A DNA stretch of 64,000 bases from Alphaproteobacteria bacterium (GCA_045611785.1 JAZKXV010000026.1:20382-84381), one strand, 5' to 3'. Shown: positions 20,366-29,572, counted from the first letter of the stretch. Numbers and translations: made by a program. The notes: generated by a model not told the origin, from the letters alone.

Positions 20366-21187
20366 ATGATATACAAAGAATTTGAACTCATACTATCGTC
20401 TTTCAAATGCAACAAAAACTGTCCTTACTGTACAGCAAAAATCACAAAATGGCCGGTTGTAGATGATAAAATAGAAGCATTGGAAAACAAGCTTAAAGAA
20501 TTAAAAGAAAAGGAAATATATTTCAAATATTTCATATTTTGCGGCAACGGAGAACCCTCTTTACATAGTTTTGACACCATAAAAAGAGTGGTCGATGCAA
20601 CACGTAAAATAAACATTTTTGAAGAAAAAAGATTTCAATCATCAGGAAACATATTTTTTGAACCTGAAAAACTCAATTTAATAAAAAATGATTTTACCAT
20701 TGAAATAACCAGAGTAGATTTTGACAGTAAAAAAGATATGCAAATTTTGGGATATAATCAAGATTATATCAACTCTGAAGCCTTTAAAACAGCAAACATC
20801 AGGCTCAATTATGTTTTAATGAAAAACAAAAGTTTTGACACTTACTTAACCGAAATAAAAAAATATATTGATACATATCCAAGCATCAAAACAGTCAGCT
20901 TGAAAACATTAAATTTAAACACATTGAACGGAAAAATTGACAATCCGTATTCTCAATGGATTATAAATAATGCTTTAACAAAAAAAGATGCAAAAAGTAT
21001 AATTGAATTTATGAACAAACATGCAAACATAATTCATCAAGACAAAAAATTTTTTGATAGAATAGAATGGAATTATAAAGGCGTACCAATTACATTTTAC
21101 GTTAAAAAATTGTCTTACGGCGTTTCTAATGTTGTTTGCTATGGCGGTGAGCTTGTCGATTATCATTTAAACAAATTAAGCATATAA
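20366..21187 (+). CDS. Radical SAM protein of unknown function
   Basis: CNKNCPYC and GNGEPSLH; ATG 1 nt after the upstream stop with SD aagga. Confidence 0.85.
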   Translation: MIYKEFELILSSFKCNKNCPYCTAKITKWPVVDDKIEALENKLKELKEKEIYFKYFIFCGNGEPSLHSFDTIKRVVDATRKINIFEEKRFQSSGNIFFEPEKLNLIKNDFTIEITRVDFDSKKDMQILGYNQDYINSEAFKTANIRLNYVLMKNKSFDTYLTEIKKYIDTYPSIKTVSLKTLNLNTLNGKIDNPYSQWIINNALTKKDAKSIIEFMNKHANIIHQDKKFFDRIEWNYKGVPITFYVKKLSYGVSNVVCYGGELVDYHLNKLSI

Positions 21188-21252
21188 TATTAACCAAATA
21201 TTGTATTTTAAATTGTAACATAATTTTCAATTTAAATTATGAGAATATAAAA

Positions 21253-22077
21253 ATGAGATCAGATTTTTTAGAATTTAAAAAATATTATAAAGACACAATA
21301 ATTAAGATACCTGCTGTTTCATTTTTTAAACAATCTATTGATAATAAATTTAAGCATTCACTAAATGTTTTGCACACCGGAATACGTATTATGGCAGAAA
21401 CTCCTGAGCTTGAAAGTATATCTGAAAATTTTCAAATACTAGCTAAAAGAGCTCTCTTATTCCATGATGTCGGCCGTTTTGAAGAAGCTGTAAAAAGATA
21501 CCATACGCCTAATTTGACTGCAGATACAGAAAGCTTAAACCAATATGACCACGGACTTCTTGGTTATCAAACACTAAAAAGTAATCCGACTTATAATGAT
21601 ATAAGAATTTTGCTCGCTATCAAATATCATGGCAAAATGATGGAAGAAGTAAAAGCATCATCATTATGGGAAGAAGCTCAAAACGGAGAGCATAAAAAAG
21701 AAGCTGAACAAATTTTATATTTAGTTCGAGATGCCGATAAATTGGCTAACTTAGAAAAAATTAAAAAAAACGACAAACTGCGAAAAGACTTTTTTTTCAA
21801 GCTATTAACTAAAGAAGCGCTAATTTCTGGCTTATCTCAAACAGTGAAAAAACAATTTTTTGCAAAGCAAACCATTTTGTTTCCGACAGTACATTCTTTT
21901 GCTGATAGAATTTTAATGGTTTTATCATGGTTTTTTGATTTAAATTTCCAAAAATCAAAAGAAATGTTTAAGCAAAAAGAATATACCAAATATCTTTTAG
22001 ATTTACTAGCTCAATACCACACTTTGACAAAAGATATAGAAGAAATCAAGCTGTTTACAGAAGACTCATTTAAGTAA
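21253..22077 (+). CDS. HD-domain phosphohydrolase
   Basis: KFKHS, ALLFHDVGRF, DHG, IKYHG, VRDADKLAN. Confidence 0.85.
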   Translation: MRSDFLEFKKYYKDTIIKIPAVSFFKQSIDNKFKHSLNVLHTGIRIMAETPELESISENFQILAKRALLFHDVGRFEEAVKRYHTPNLTADTESLNQYDHGLLGYQTLKSNPTYNDIRILLAIKYHGKMMEEVKASSLWEEAQNGEHKKEAEQILYLVRDADKLANLEKIKKNDKLRKDFFFKLLTKEALISGLSQTVKKQFFAKQTILFPTVHSFADRILMVLSWFFDLNFQKSKEMFKQKEYTKYLLDLLAQYHTLTKDIEEIKLFTEDSFK

Positions 22078-22198
22078 AATGTAGCAAATCTTAAGCATTT
22101 TTTTGAAAAAAACATTTACTTTTTAATTTTTTTCTCTATAATGCATTCTACAAAAACATTATCAGGTCATATTATTTACTAACTTAATAACACTTCTT

Positions 22199-23101
22199 AT
22201 GAGCAGATTTGTATTAAAAAACACAACCGATGGTACATGTCATTTGTATTTTGATAATCCATCAATTGAAGGCTTTTTAAAGGTAAGTCAAGCAACAAAC
22301 GCTAAATTCTTAAGAGAAAACAACGAGAACTATGTGGTTATGTCTAATGCCGGAGAAACGACCAAAATTTTGTTTGGCATTATTGACGACAGAGTCTTTC
22401 AAGTAACACTGCCTGAACATTCAAAGTTTTTCTTTGTAGACAACCAGTGTATATATGAAAGATATGGAGTGTGGTACAGCATGGTACATGAGCAAGACTC
22501 TTTTGAAGAGAAAAAACTTGGAATTGCACATGAGGAATTCTTATCCTGTCCACAGAACATTCAGTATCGAAAACTTCGCTGGGTATACTTCTTAAAAGAA
22601 GATCAAAACCTTGTAAACATTTGCCATTTTATTGATGGTAAAATTGTCAATTTAGGAAGCTATGTATCGGTTAAAACTGATGGCAATGCAAAAATTTTGG
22701 CTTTGCATTCTGATGGTCATTATGACGTATTCACACCAAATTCAACCGAACCGTACCTAGGTTATCCTAACGAAGTTTTTGAAGCGATAAAAGGCGTGTT
22801 TATATGGTGCTCCGAACAAAAGAAATGGAGATTCGAAGAAAACTGTCGTCTGTACGCTGACAATGCTTTGTTCAGAATTGTGCCCTATGAAGACGGTGAC
22901 ATGTTAAAGCTATATCGCATCACAGAAAACTCAACTGAGTTATTTAAGGCAAGCGTTAACTATCAATTTAGAAACAACCCTTGCAGCCTGTGCATAGACG
23001 ATACAATATACATGCATGACGTTGACAAGTGTTTATTGGATTTCGATAATCCTCAACTAACCTTTAGAAGAAAGCTGAAAAATTTCTTCTGCAAGAAGTA
23101 A
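22199..23101 (+). CDS. Hypothetical beta-rich protein
   Basis: 300-aa ORF with own terminator (ggcttgatacttt/aaagtatcaagcc); SD-less start. Confidence 0.7.
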   Translation: MSRFVLKNTTDGTCHLYFDNPSIEGFLKVSQATNAKFLRENNENYVVMSNAGETTKILFGIIDDRVFQVTLPEHSKFFFVDNQCIYERYGVWYSMVHEQDSFEEKKLGIAHEEFLSCPQNIQYRKLRWVYFLKEDQNLVNICHFIDGKIVNLGSYVSVKTDGNAKILALHSDGHYDVFTPNSTEPYLGYPNEVFEAIKGVFIWCSEQKKWRFEENCRLYADNALFRIVPYEDGDMLKLYRITENSTELFKASVNYQFRNNPCSLCIDDTIYMHDVDKCLLDFDNPQLTFRRKLKNFFCKK

Positions 23102-23258
23102 AGTCTTGGCTTGATACTTTGAAAGTATCAAGCCTTTTTTTATCCTTTTTACATTTCCTAGTGCTTCTACATAAGCCTAACTCACATAAATAAGGTGTAT
23201 AAAAAGCATTGACACAATCTTGATATTTTAGTATTTTAAAAGAAAAAAGAGGATATTA

Positions 23259-24839
23259 ATGGCAACACAAAAAGACATTAATTTAGCTTTTCAGATGATT
23301 GTTTCAACAGCATCTGACATGGATATGTGTTTGCCTCAAGCCGCTAAGCAACACAATGAAAAATTGTCTGTAGATGAACAGAAAAAAATGTTAGCAGCCT
23401 TTGCTCGTTACGTCAGCGAAGGACATCCCGGTTTTGCTACAGAAAATGCACCAAACATTACTTTTTCAGAAGAAACAAAAAATAAATTTAAAACGGAGCT
23501 TGTGAAACTATACTTAACAACCAAACAAGAACGAACAGAAGAAGAAATCGGCAAAGAAATTTTTAAGCTTGCTAAAAAATATATTCCTGATAATCATTTT
23601 AATGTTTACAGTTCCGAAGGGGCAAGCATTAACACATTAATGAGCAAAGAAGAACACCTTGCATTTAAGGAAGAATTGCAAACTTACATACAAACCGAAA
23701 ATCTTGATTCATCTCACCGTTGCGTATTAGATCATCTTTATACGGAGCGCCACCAAGTTGGAAAAAACTTATTTCTTGATGATGAGTTTGAGCTATTAAA
23801 ACAAAATGGTGCAGAAATTGTAAGCGAAAAAAAAGGACAAACTTGGCGCATGGCTGAAATTAATCATCAAGGTAAAAAACTAATGTTGTTTGGGATGAAG
23901 AGTTTTGCACCTATAAGCTCTGATGGCAAAATTGATATAGATAAAATTAATGACTTCACATCTTTAGCAAAAGAATTTTCTAAACAAGAATATGAAAATT
24001 GCGATGCTCTGATTTTAGACTTAAGAAGCAATGGTGGCGGATGGCCGCACATTGGCGATTATATAGCTCGTACATTATATGGAAATACGGTTTCAACAGA
24101 AGCTCAAGGACATCTTAAGATGGATACTTTAGCAGCGAAACTCAGCTATTTTTATATGGAAAAAGCAGATAAAAAAAACAGCACCATCGACAGACTAAAG
24201 CTAAAAGATGAACCGCAACGCACTCAATATGTTCAGCAAGATAAACTTTGGGGAGAAGAACATCCTTTTAATAGTGCATTAGGCTACACAAAGCCAATAT
24301 TGTTACTAACAGACCAAAACACCGGTTCTAATGCAGAGTTAACAATCGGACGCTTAAGAGAACACCCATATGTCAGAACAATTGGTGATCATAGTTGCGG
24401 TGTTATACAATATCACCCGGCGGCCACATCTAACAGCGCTATTCCCTTACCCTATGGCTTAAAAATATCACTTCCTCCTGAAGGCTTTACAAGCACGCAT
24501 GGTGAGCGCTTGGAAGGCACCGGATATGTTCCTGATTATAAAGTAGAAAAAGGACAAAGCGCCTTACTTACCTGTTTAGAAAAATTAGATGAAATAAAAC
24601 AAGAAATTTCACAAAATTTACCACCTGAAAGAACAGTAGAAACAGAAGCAAAAAGAGAAAGCCATATAGATAAAACCGATAACATTATCATTAAAAACAT
24701 TGGAGAAAATAATCCTCAATTAAAAAATGCATTCAATGAATTGCTCAACGCAACATCAACCATTCCGCAATTACAAGCACCTGAGAGGCAAAATGTATAT
24801 TCTCTCCATCAACAAAAATATGGTATACTCACTCATTGA
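23259..24839 (+). CDS. S41-family peptidase with N- and C-terminal extensions
   Basis: LILDLRSNGGG, KPILLLT...TGSNAE, RTIGDHSCG, EGTGYVPD. Confidence 0.85.
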   Translation: MATQKDINLAFQMIVSTASDMDMCLPQAAKQHNEKLSVDEQKKMLAAFARYVSEGHPGFATENAPNITFSEETKNKFKTELVKLYLTTKQERTEEEIGKEIFKLAKKYIPDNHFNVYSSEGASINTLMSKEEHLAFKEELQTYIQTENLDSSHRCVLDHLYTERHQVGKNLFLDDEFELLKQNGAEIVSEKKGQTWRMAEINHQGKKLMLFGMKSFAPISSDGKIDIDKINDFTSLAKEFSKQEYENCDALILDLRSNGGGWPHIGDYIARTLYGNTVSTEAQGHLKMDTLAAKLSYFYMEKADKKNSTIDRLKLKDEPQRTQYVQQDKLWGEEHPFNSALGYTKPILLLTDQNTGSNAELTIGRLREHPYVRTIGDHSCGVIQYHPAATSNSAIPLPYGLKISLPPEGFTSTHGERLEGTGYVPDYKVEKGQSALLTCLEKLDEIKQEISQNLPPERTVETEAKRESHIDKTDNIIIKNIGENNPQLKNAFNELLNATSTIPQLQAPERQNVYSLHQQKYGILTH

Positions 24840-25137
24840 TATCGATTAGTTTACTAATTATATTCTTTATTGCTTACTCTGGTCACAGAATTATCAATAT
24901 GGTTGTTTTTCATTATACCAATCATCTCTATCATAATTGACGAATCAATTCTTCTAACATTGTTTGGTTATATCGTTAAATTTGAAATTCATGATAAAAA
25001 GAATTTAACAAGCATACCATAAGCCTTCAGTTTTTTTATTTGTTTTAAGTAAGTTGGCACATAACAATAGCATTAGCAAATATTAAATGTTCAAAACATA
25101 TCCTCATAACAAGGTAAACTAATAAAGATAAAAAATA

Positions 25138-25254
25138 GAAAACAACAATTTTCCGAAAATTAGACATGAAAATATTTGATTTTTATAATAAAATAGACTA
25201 ACATCTGCCCACTATTAAAAATTATGATGTCTAACTATTTAAATATTATGAATT
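25138..25254 (+). repeat. Cassette leader/promoter module, copy A
   Basis: High identity to 26365-26479 and 27428-27543; TTGATT-17-TAACAT; ctgcccact after the -10 box. Confidence 0.9.
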
Positions 25255-25671
25255 ATGAAAAAGTTTGTTTTTATGCTAATTGCAATGTTTAGTGTTGTGT
25301 TGACAGCTTGTTCAGCATTTGACAGTGACCCGATTGAACCAAAAATCATTGGTACCGGTAATTTGCAATATGAAGCAAAAACTGGTACTTGGTTTGTGGT
25401 TATAGATTCAACTCAATACACTATCACCAGTGTGACTATTCCCGAACACAGTCCTCGTACATTAGGTCATACGCAAGACATTGATCCAGTTGAAGGAATG
25501 TTGGTGACAGTGTTTACTTCAGAGCATATGAGAGGCCTGCAAGCTGTTACTGGTGAGCAGTCAGTTAAGCAGATAGAAGAGTTTTATCATACCAATGATA
25601 CGGGAGTCTTTGTTGTATTTGGAATTTTGTTATTGTGTATTATCGGAATTGCTATTCCATGGAAAAAATAA
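25255..25671 (+). CDS. Lipoprotein with C-terminal TM helix (cassette A cargo)
   Basis: LTAC lipobox; hydrophobic C-terminus. Confidence 0.75.
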   Translation: MKKFVFMLIAMFSVVLTACSAFDSDPIEPKIIGTGNLQYEAKTGTWFVVIDSTQYTITSVTIPEHSPRTLGHTQDIDPVEGMLVTVFTSEHMRGLQAVTGEQSVKQIEEFYHTNDTGVFVVFGILLLCIIGIAIPWKK

Positions 25672-25733
25672 AACCCATATACACAGATAGTCTCAAATAC
25701 TGTAAAACAGATAAACATTAAAAACTTTATGTT

Positions 25734-26027
25734 ATGAAAACAGAGAAAATTAAAGGGCAAATTGTGAGCCAACCACAAGTATTGACAGATGAAACTTCTG
25801 CTCTCGTACTGCTTGTTATAAAAAACGATGAGGGTTATAAAGAATTGCATTATAACAGAGGGAAGTTTTCTTCAAGCGCGACTTTGGCACTTAATTTTGC
25901 AAATTCGAAATTTTCTAAAATCGCTACATCTTCTATCGGTGAAACTATCGAAGCATATATATGTAGCTCTACGGGTGAAATTTTTAGGTTTAAAAACGTA
26001 ACGCGTGGTGACGTGGAATGTTTATAA
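25734..26027 (+). CDS. Hypothetical 97-aa protein, paralog of 27802-28095
   Basis: 49/97 identical by manual ungapped alignment. Confidence 0.8.
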   Translation: MKTEKIKGQIVSQPQVLTDETSALVLLVIKNDEGYKELHYNRGKFSSSATLALNFANSKFSKIATSSIGETIEAYICSSTGEIFRFKNVTRGDVECL

Positions 26028-26038
26028 AACCAATCCCT

Positions 26039-26137
26039 ACCCCTCACAATTTTATTATTGTGAGGGGTTTCCATTATCTAAAATATTATACTTAAAAAAC
26101 CACCCGAAAGGGTGGTTTTATTTGGTCGGATTGACTA
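26039..26137. repeat. Cassette end module: two hairpins plus 15-bp copy of the tRNA-Pro 3' end
   Basis: acccctcacaa/ttgtgaggggt hairpin, aaaaccaccc-gaaa-gggtggtttt hairpin, tggtcggattgacta at 26123-26137; near-identical to 28109-28208. Confidence 0.92.
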
Positions 26138-26227
26138 CCCCTAAATTAGAAAAAAAATACCATATTTTAAACAATAGAAATTTTTTATTCTTTTTCAGAG
26201 TGTTATGAGAGAGTGGTCGAACCTTCT

Positions 26228-26479
26228 CATCCATACTGGTGAGGTTGACTTTTGTTCACCGCCCACTAGGTGTGGTAATAATTTTTTTATTGTTTTTCAA
26301 TGAAATACACTGACCACCAGGTTCTAACTTGACTTTTGTATTTTTTAAGAATGGTAACAAATCAGAAAACAATATTTTCCGAAAATTAGACATAAAAAAT
26401 ATTTGATTTTTATACTAAAATAGATTATCATCTACCCACTATTTGAAATTATGATGTCTAACTGTTAAATTTATGTATT
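26228..26479 (+). repeat. 252-bp extended leader module, copy B
   Basis: Colinear with 27292-27543; includes TTGATT-17-TATCAT promoter. Confidence 0.9.
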
Positions 26480-27106
26480 ATGAAAAAACTTATTATTATT
26501 GCCGTAACACTATTTATGGCAACAAATGTGTTCGCACAAGAGATTGTTGAAGTCACTAACGTAGAATGGAAACGTTTCTCAACCAGTAGGTACTATACTG
26601 GACGCTACTTGGATTTTCACACGAGCCGTGTATATTTTTCCGATGGAAGTTGTATTTATTACAACAATATCCGTAACGATGAAAAATGGCAAGGTTGGTG
26701 GAATGGAGATGCATATAATCCACAAAAAGTCAGCTTCCCAGTTACTTTAGGTAGTAACATTATAGGTCAAAAGTTTCAAAAGAGATACAACAGCTATACC
26801 CGTGTTAGCTTGCAAAAGGTCGGTACCTACACTATCAAAAAAGTATCAGTGCACGATGTAAATTCCGAGTTTACTGCATCAATGAAGGCTGATTTTAGTT
26901 ATAGAAGCTTTCTCTATCGCAGAGCAAGCGGTTCTGCATCAGGTTCTGCTAAGGGTGGTACAAGAACAATTGTCAACATTTTCTTTGAAAATGGCAAAAA
27001 GGCAACCATTGAAGCTTCAGAAGATCCTATTTGGCTAGATGCCGAACCTGGAATGCAAGTAGAACATTATCGAATTGGCGATAAAAACTTCTATAATCTT
27101 CTCTAA
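26480..27106 (+). CDS. Secreted hypothetical protein (cassette B cargo)
   Basis: Signal peptide ending VFA-Q; beta-rich. Confidence 0.75.
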   Translation: MKKLIIIAVTLFMATNVFAQEIVEVTNVEWKRFSTSRYYTGRYLDFHTSRVYFSDGSCIYYNNIRNDEKWQGWWNGDAYNPQKVSFPVTLGSNIIGQKFQKRYNSYTRVSLQKVGTYTIKKVSVHDVNSEFTASMKADFSYRSFLYRRASGSASGSAKGGTRTIVNIFFENGKKATIEASEDPIWLDAEPGMQVEHYRIGDKNFYNLL

Positions 27107-27110
27107 TAAA

Positions 27111-27167
27111 AACTAATTACCCCTCACAATTTTTATTGTTGTGAGGGGTTTTCTTTATCTAAAATAT
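27111..27167. repeat. Cassette terminator module, 57 bp identical to 28101-28157
   Basis: Direct sequence identity. Confidence 0.92.
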
Positions 27168-27291
27168 CACTTTCATTTTTTTAAATGCTTCACCCAAACA
27201 CCCGAGCATGTTAACAATGCAATTTGACAACTTGGTTGTCAAATCTTTGTAATTCAAAGTGTTACGCGTATTATTGTTTTATTGGAGTTCG

Positions 27292-27543
27292 CATCCACAC
27301 TGGTGAGGTTAACACTTGTTCACTGCCCACTTGTTTTGTAAATTTTTTTTGTTGTTTTTCAATGAAATACACTGACCACTAGGTTCTAACTTGACTTTTG
27401 TATTTTTCCAAGCATTGGCGTGACGTGGAAAACAATGATTTTCCAAAAATTAGACGTAAAACCATTTGATTTTTATAATCAAATAGATTATCATCTGCCC
27501 ACTAATAAAAATTATGATGTTAACTATTTAAATATTATGAATT
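27292..27543 (+). repeat. 252-bp extended leader module, copy C
   Basis: Colinear with 26228-26479. Confidence 0.9.
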
Positions 27544-27765
27544 ATGAAGAAAATTATCGGTTTTATTGAAGCTCCTTTTGAGGATTTTATTATTCCTTTA
27601 ACAATTGTTATTATAGGCGTTGTTCTTTTTATTGTTATTTATAATAAGGAAAATAAACGTGTTAATAAATACAGAAAAGACGTTCAACAAAAAATTGTTA
27701 ACGATGAATTTGCCAAAAAAATTGCTGACAAGTATAAAAGCAATGACAATGATGTAATAGAATAA
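27544..27765 (+). CDS. Small single-TM protein (cassette C cargo)
   Basis: Starts at the same position after the leader module as cargo A and B; one TM helix. Confidence 0.65.
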   Translation: MKKIIGFIEAPFEDFIIPLTIVIIGVVLFIVIYNKENKRVNKYRKDVQQKIVNDEFAKKIADKYKSNDNDVIE

Positions 27766-27801
27766 ACAAAAAAAGTAAATAACCGTTAAAAACTTTGTGT
27801 T

Positions 27802-28095
27802 ATGAAAGTAAAAGTAATTACAGGACAACTTGCGTGTCAACCAGTGGTATTATCAAATGAAAGTCAGGCTCTCGTGCTAATAGTTGTAAAAAATAATGAG
27901 GGATATAGAGAAGCGCATAGAAACTCACGTGCATCTTGTTTAAACAAGTCTTTGTCGTGGAATTATGCAAATACCATATTTTCTCATATCGCTACATCTT
28001 CTATAGGCGAAACTGTTGAGATAAAAATCTCTGACGATAATGGCGAAATCCTTGATTTTAAAAACATAACTCGTCAAAACGCTATGTGTAAGTAA
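27802..28095 (+). CDS. Hypothetical 97-aa protein, paralog of 25734-26027
   Basis: Same taaaaactttRtgttATG start context; shared IATSSIGET and FKN.TR. Confidence 0.8.
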   Translation: MKVKVITGQLACQPVVLSNESQALVLIVVKNNEGYREAHRNSRASCLNKSLSWNYANTIFSHIATSSIGETVEIKISDDNGEILDFKNITRQNAMCK

Positions 28096-28193
28096 AATTT
28101 AACTAATTACCCCTCACAATTTTTATTGTTGTGAGGGGTTTTCTTTATCTAAAATATTATACTTAAAAAACCACCCGAAAGGGTGGTTTTATT

Positions 28194-28325
28194 TGGTCGG
28201 ATTGACTAGATTATTCCGCTTTGCTACATGCTTTGCACTCATCGGCTTCGCCGACCGGCGTCTTAACATCCGCCTTTCGTTTGATGTACGAACTAGCTTT
28301 TTCGCTAGTTCGAACCTAGACCCGA
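28194..28325. repeat. 132-bp palindromic tRNA-Pro-derived element, copy 1
   Basis: Begins with 19 bp of the tRNA 3' end, internal hairpins, ends with an inverted tRNA-like arm. Confidence 0.85.
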
Positions 28326-28370
28326 AAATCAAATAACAAAAAAGCACCACAAGGGTGCTCTTTTGTTATT

Positions 28371-28502
28371 TGGTCGGATTGACTAGATTGGCTTCGCTAC
28401 ATGCTCGGCACTCATCGGCTTTCAGCCGACCGGCGTTCTTACGCCCGCCTTTCGCTTGAAGTGCAAACTAGCTTCTTCGCTAGTTCGAACCTAGACCGAC
28501 CA
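28371..28502. repeat. 132-bp palindromic tRNA-Pro-derived element, copy 2
   Basis: tggtcggattgactagatt ... ttcgaacctagaccgacca; colinear with copy 1. Confidence 0.85.
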
Positions 28503-28538
28503 TACAAAAAGGGGCGCTCTAAAGCACCCCTTTTTTGT

Positions 28539-28615
28539 TGGTCGGATTGACTAGATTCGAACTAGCGACCTCTTCGACCCGAACGAAGCGTTCTACCAGG
28601 CTGAACTACAATCCG
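28539..28615 (-). tRNA. tRNA-Pro (CGG)
   Basis: Cloverleaf cggattg...caatccg-acca, anticodon loop ttCGGgt, TTCGAAT T-loop, encoded CCA. Confidence 0.97.
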
Positions 28616-28750
28616 ATTAATTGCTTAAATACTAATACATCAATATTTTTTTAATACAAGCTTTTTTTTCAAAAACTTACAAAAAAATATAGCTTTTTTC
28701 TTTTATAATCATATAATTTATATATATTTTTTTATTTGAAAGGAACTCAA

Positions 28751-29572
28751 ATGCTTAATATCGGTTGTCATTTATCTTCTTCTAAAGGGTTTGTGGCCAT
28801 GGCTCAAAATGCCATTTCTATCAACGCAAGCACTTTTCAGTTTTTTACCAGAAATCCGCAAGGCTCAAAAGCAAAAGATATTGACATCGAAGATATAAAA
28901 AAGTTTCTTTCAATTTTTCCTGATAAAAAAATTGTAGCCCACGCTCCTTACACTCTAAATCCGTGCTCAGATAACCCAAGTACCGCTGAATTTGCTGAAC
29001 TGGTTTTTATTGATGATCTAAAACGCATGGAACTTATACCTCACAACTATTATAACTTTCATCCAGGAAGTCATGTAGGACAAGGCGCTGAAATAGGCAT
29101 TAAAAAAATTGCGGATCTACTTAATAAAATTATAACGCCGACACAAACCACAACCATCTTATTAGAAACAATGTCCGGTAAAGGAAGCGAAGTAGGATCA
29201 ACCTTTGAAGAAATCCAAAGCATTATTAACCTTACCGAACTAAAAGATAAAATCGGAGTTTGTTTAGACACTTGCCATGTATATTCTGCCGGATACGACA
29301 TTGTAAATGAGTTGGATTCAGTTTTAGAAAAATTTGATAATATCATCGGCTTAAACAAGCTAAAGGCCATACACTTAAACGATAGTAAAATGCCATTTAA
29401 CTCTCGTAAAGACAGACACGAGCAAATTGGTAAAGGCTCAATCGGTATTGACGCCACTGTAAATATAATTAATCACCCTAAATTAAAGCACCTACCCTTT
29501 ATTTTAGAAACTCCAAACGATATAAATGGTTGGAAACAAGAAATTGATTTATTAAGAAATTTGAGCTTATAA
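28751..29572 (+). CDS. nfo: Endonuclease IV (AP endonuclease)
   Basis: [51 protein letters not shown]. Confidence 0.95.
   Translation: MLNIGCHLSSSKGFVAMAQNAISINASTFQFFTRNPQGSKAKDIDIEDIKKFLSIFPDKKIVAHAPYTLNPCSDNPSTAEFAELVFIDDLKRMELIPHNYYNFHPGSHVGQGAEIGIKKIADLLNKIITPTQTTTILLETMSGKGSEVGSTFEEIQSIINLTELKDKIGVCLDTCHVYSAGYDIVNELDSVLEKFDNIIGLNKLKAIHLNDSKMPFNSRKDRHEQIGKGSIGIDATVNIINHPKLKHLPFILETPNDINGWKQEIDLLRNLSL

Noticed and set aside
20366-21187. Prokaryotic viperin or QueE call
   Set aside because: Only generic CxxxCxxC and GEP motifs are present; family-specific residues are not recognisable.
24837-25022. Hydrophobic ORF fragments in two frames (possible membrane-protein pseudogene)
   Set aside because: No recognisable family; such fragments arise readily in T-rich DNA.
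25160-25236. Integron attC site (GTCTAAC matches RYYYAAC; TTAGAC resembles GTTRRRY)
   Set aside because: The boxes are in the wrong order for attC, the G of GTT is missing, they bracket a promoter rather than follow a gene, copy C breaks them, and no intI is present.
26256-26393. 45-codon minus-strand ORF within the extended leader module
   Set aside because: Copy C has indels and a different stop in the equivalent region, so coding is not conserved.
25138-28615. CRISPR array interpretation of the repeats
   Set aside because: Repeats are 57-252 bp, about 1 kb apart with whole genes between them; no 25-45-bp repeat-spacer periodicity and no cas genes.
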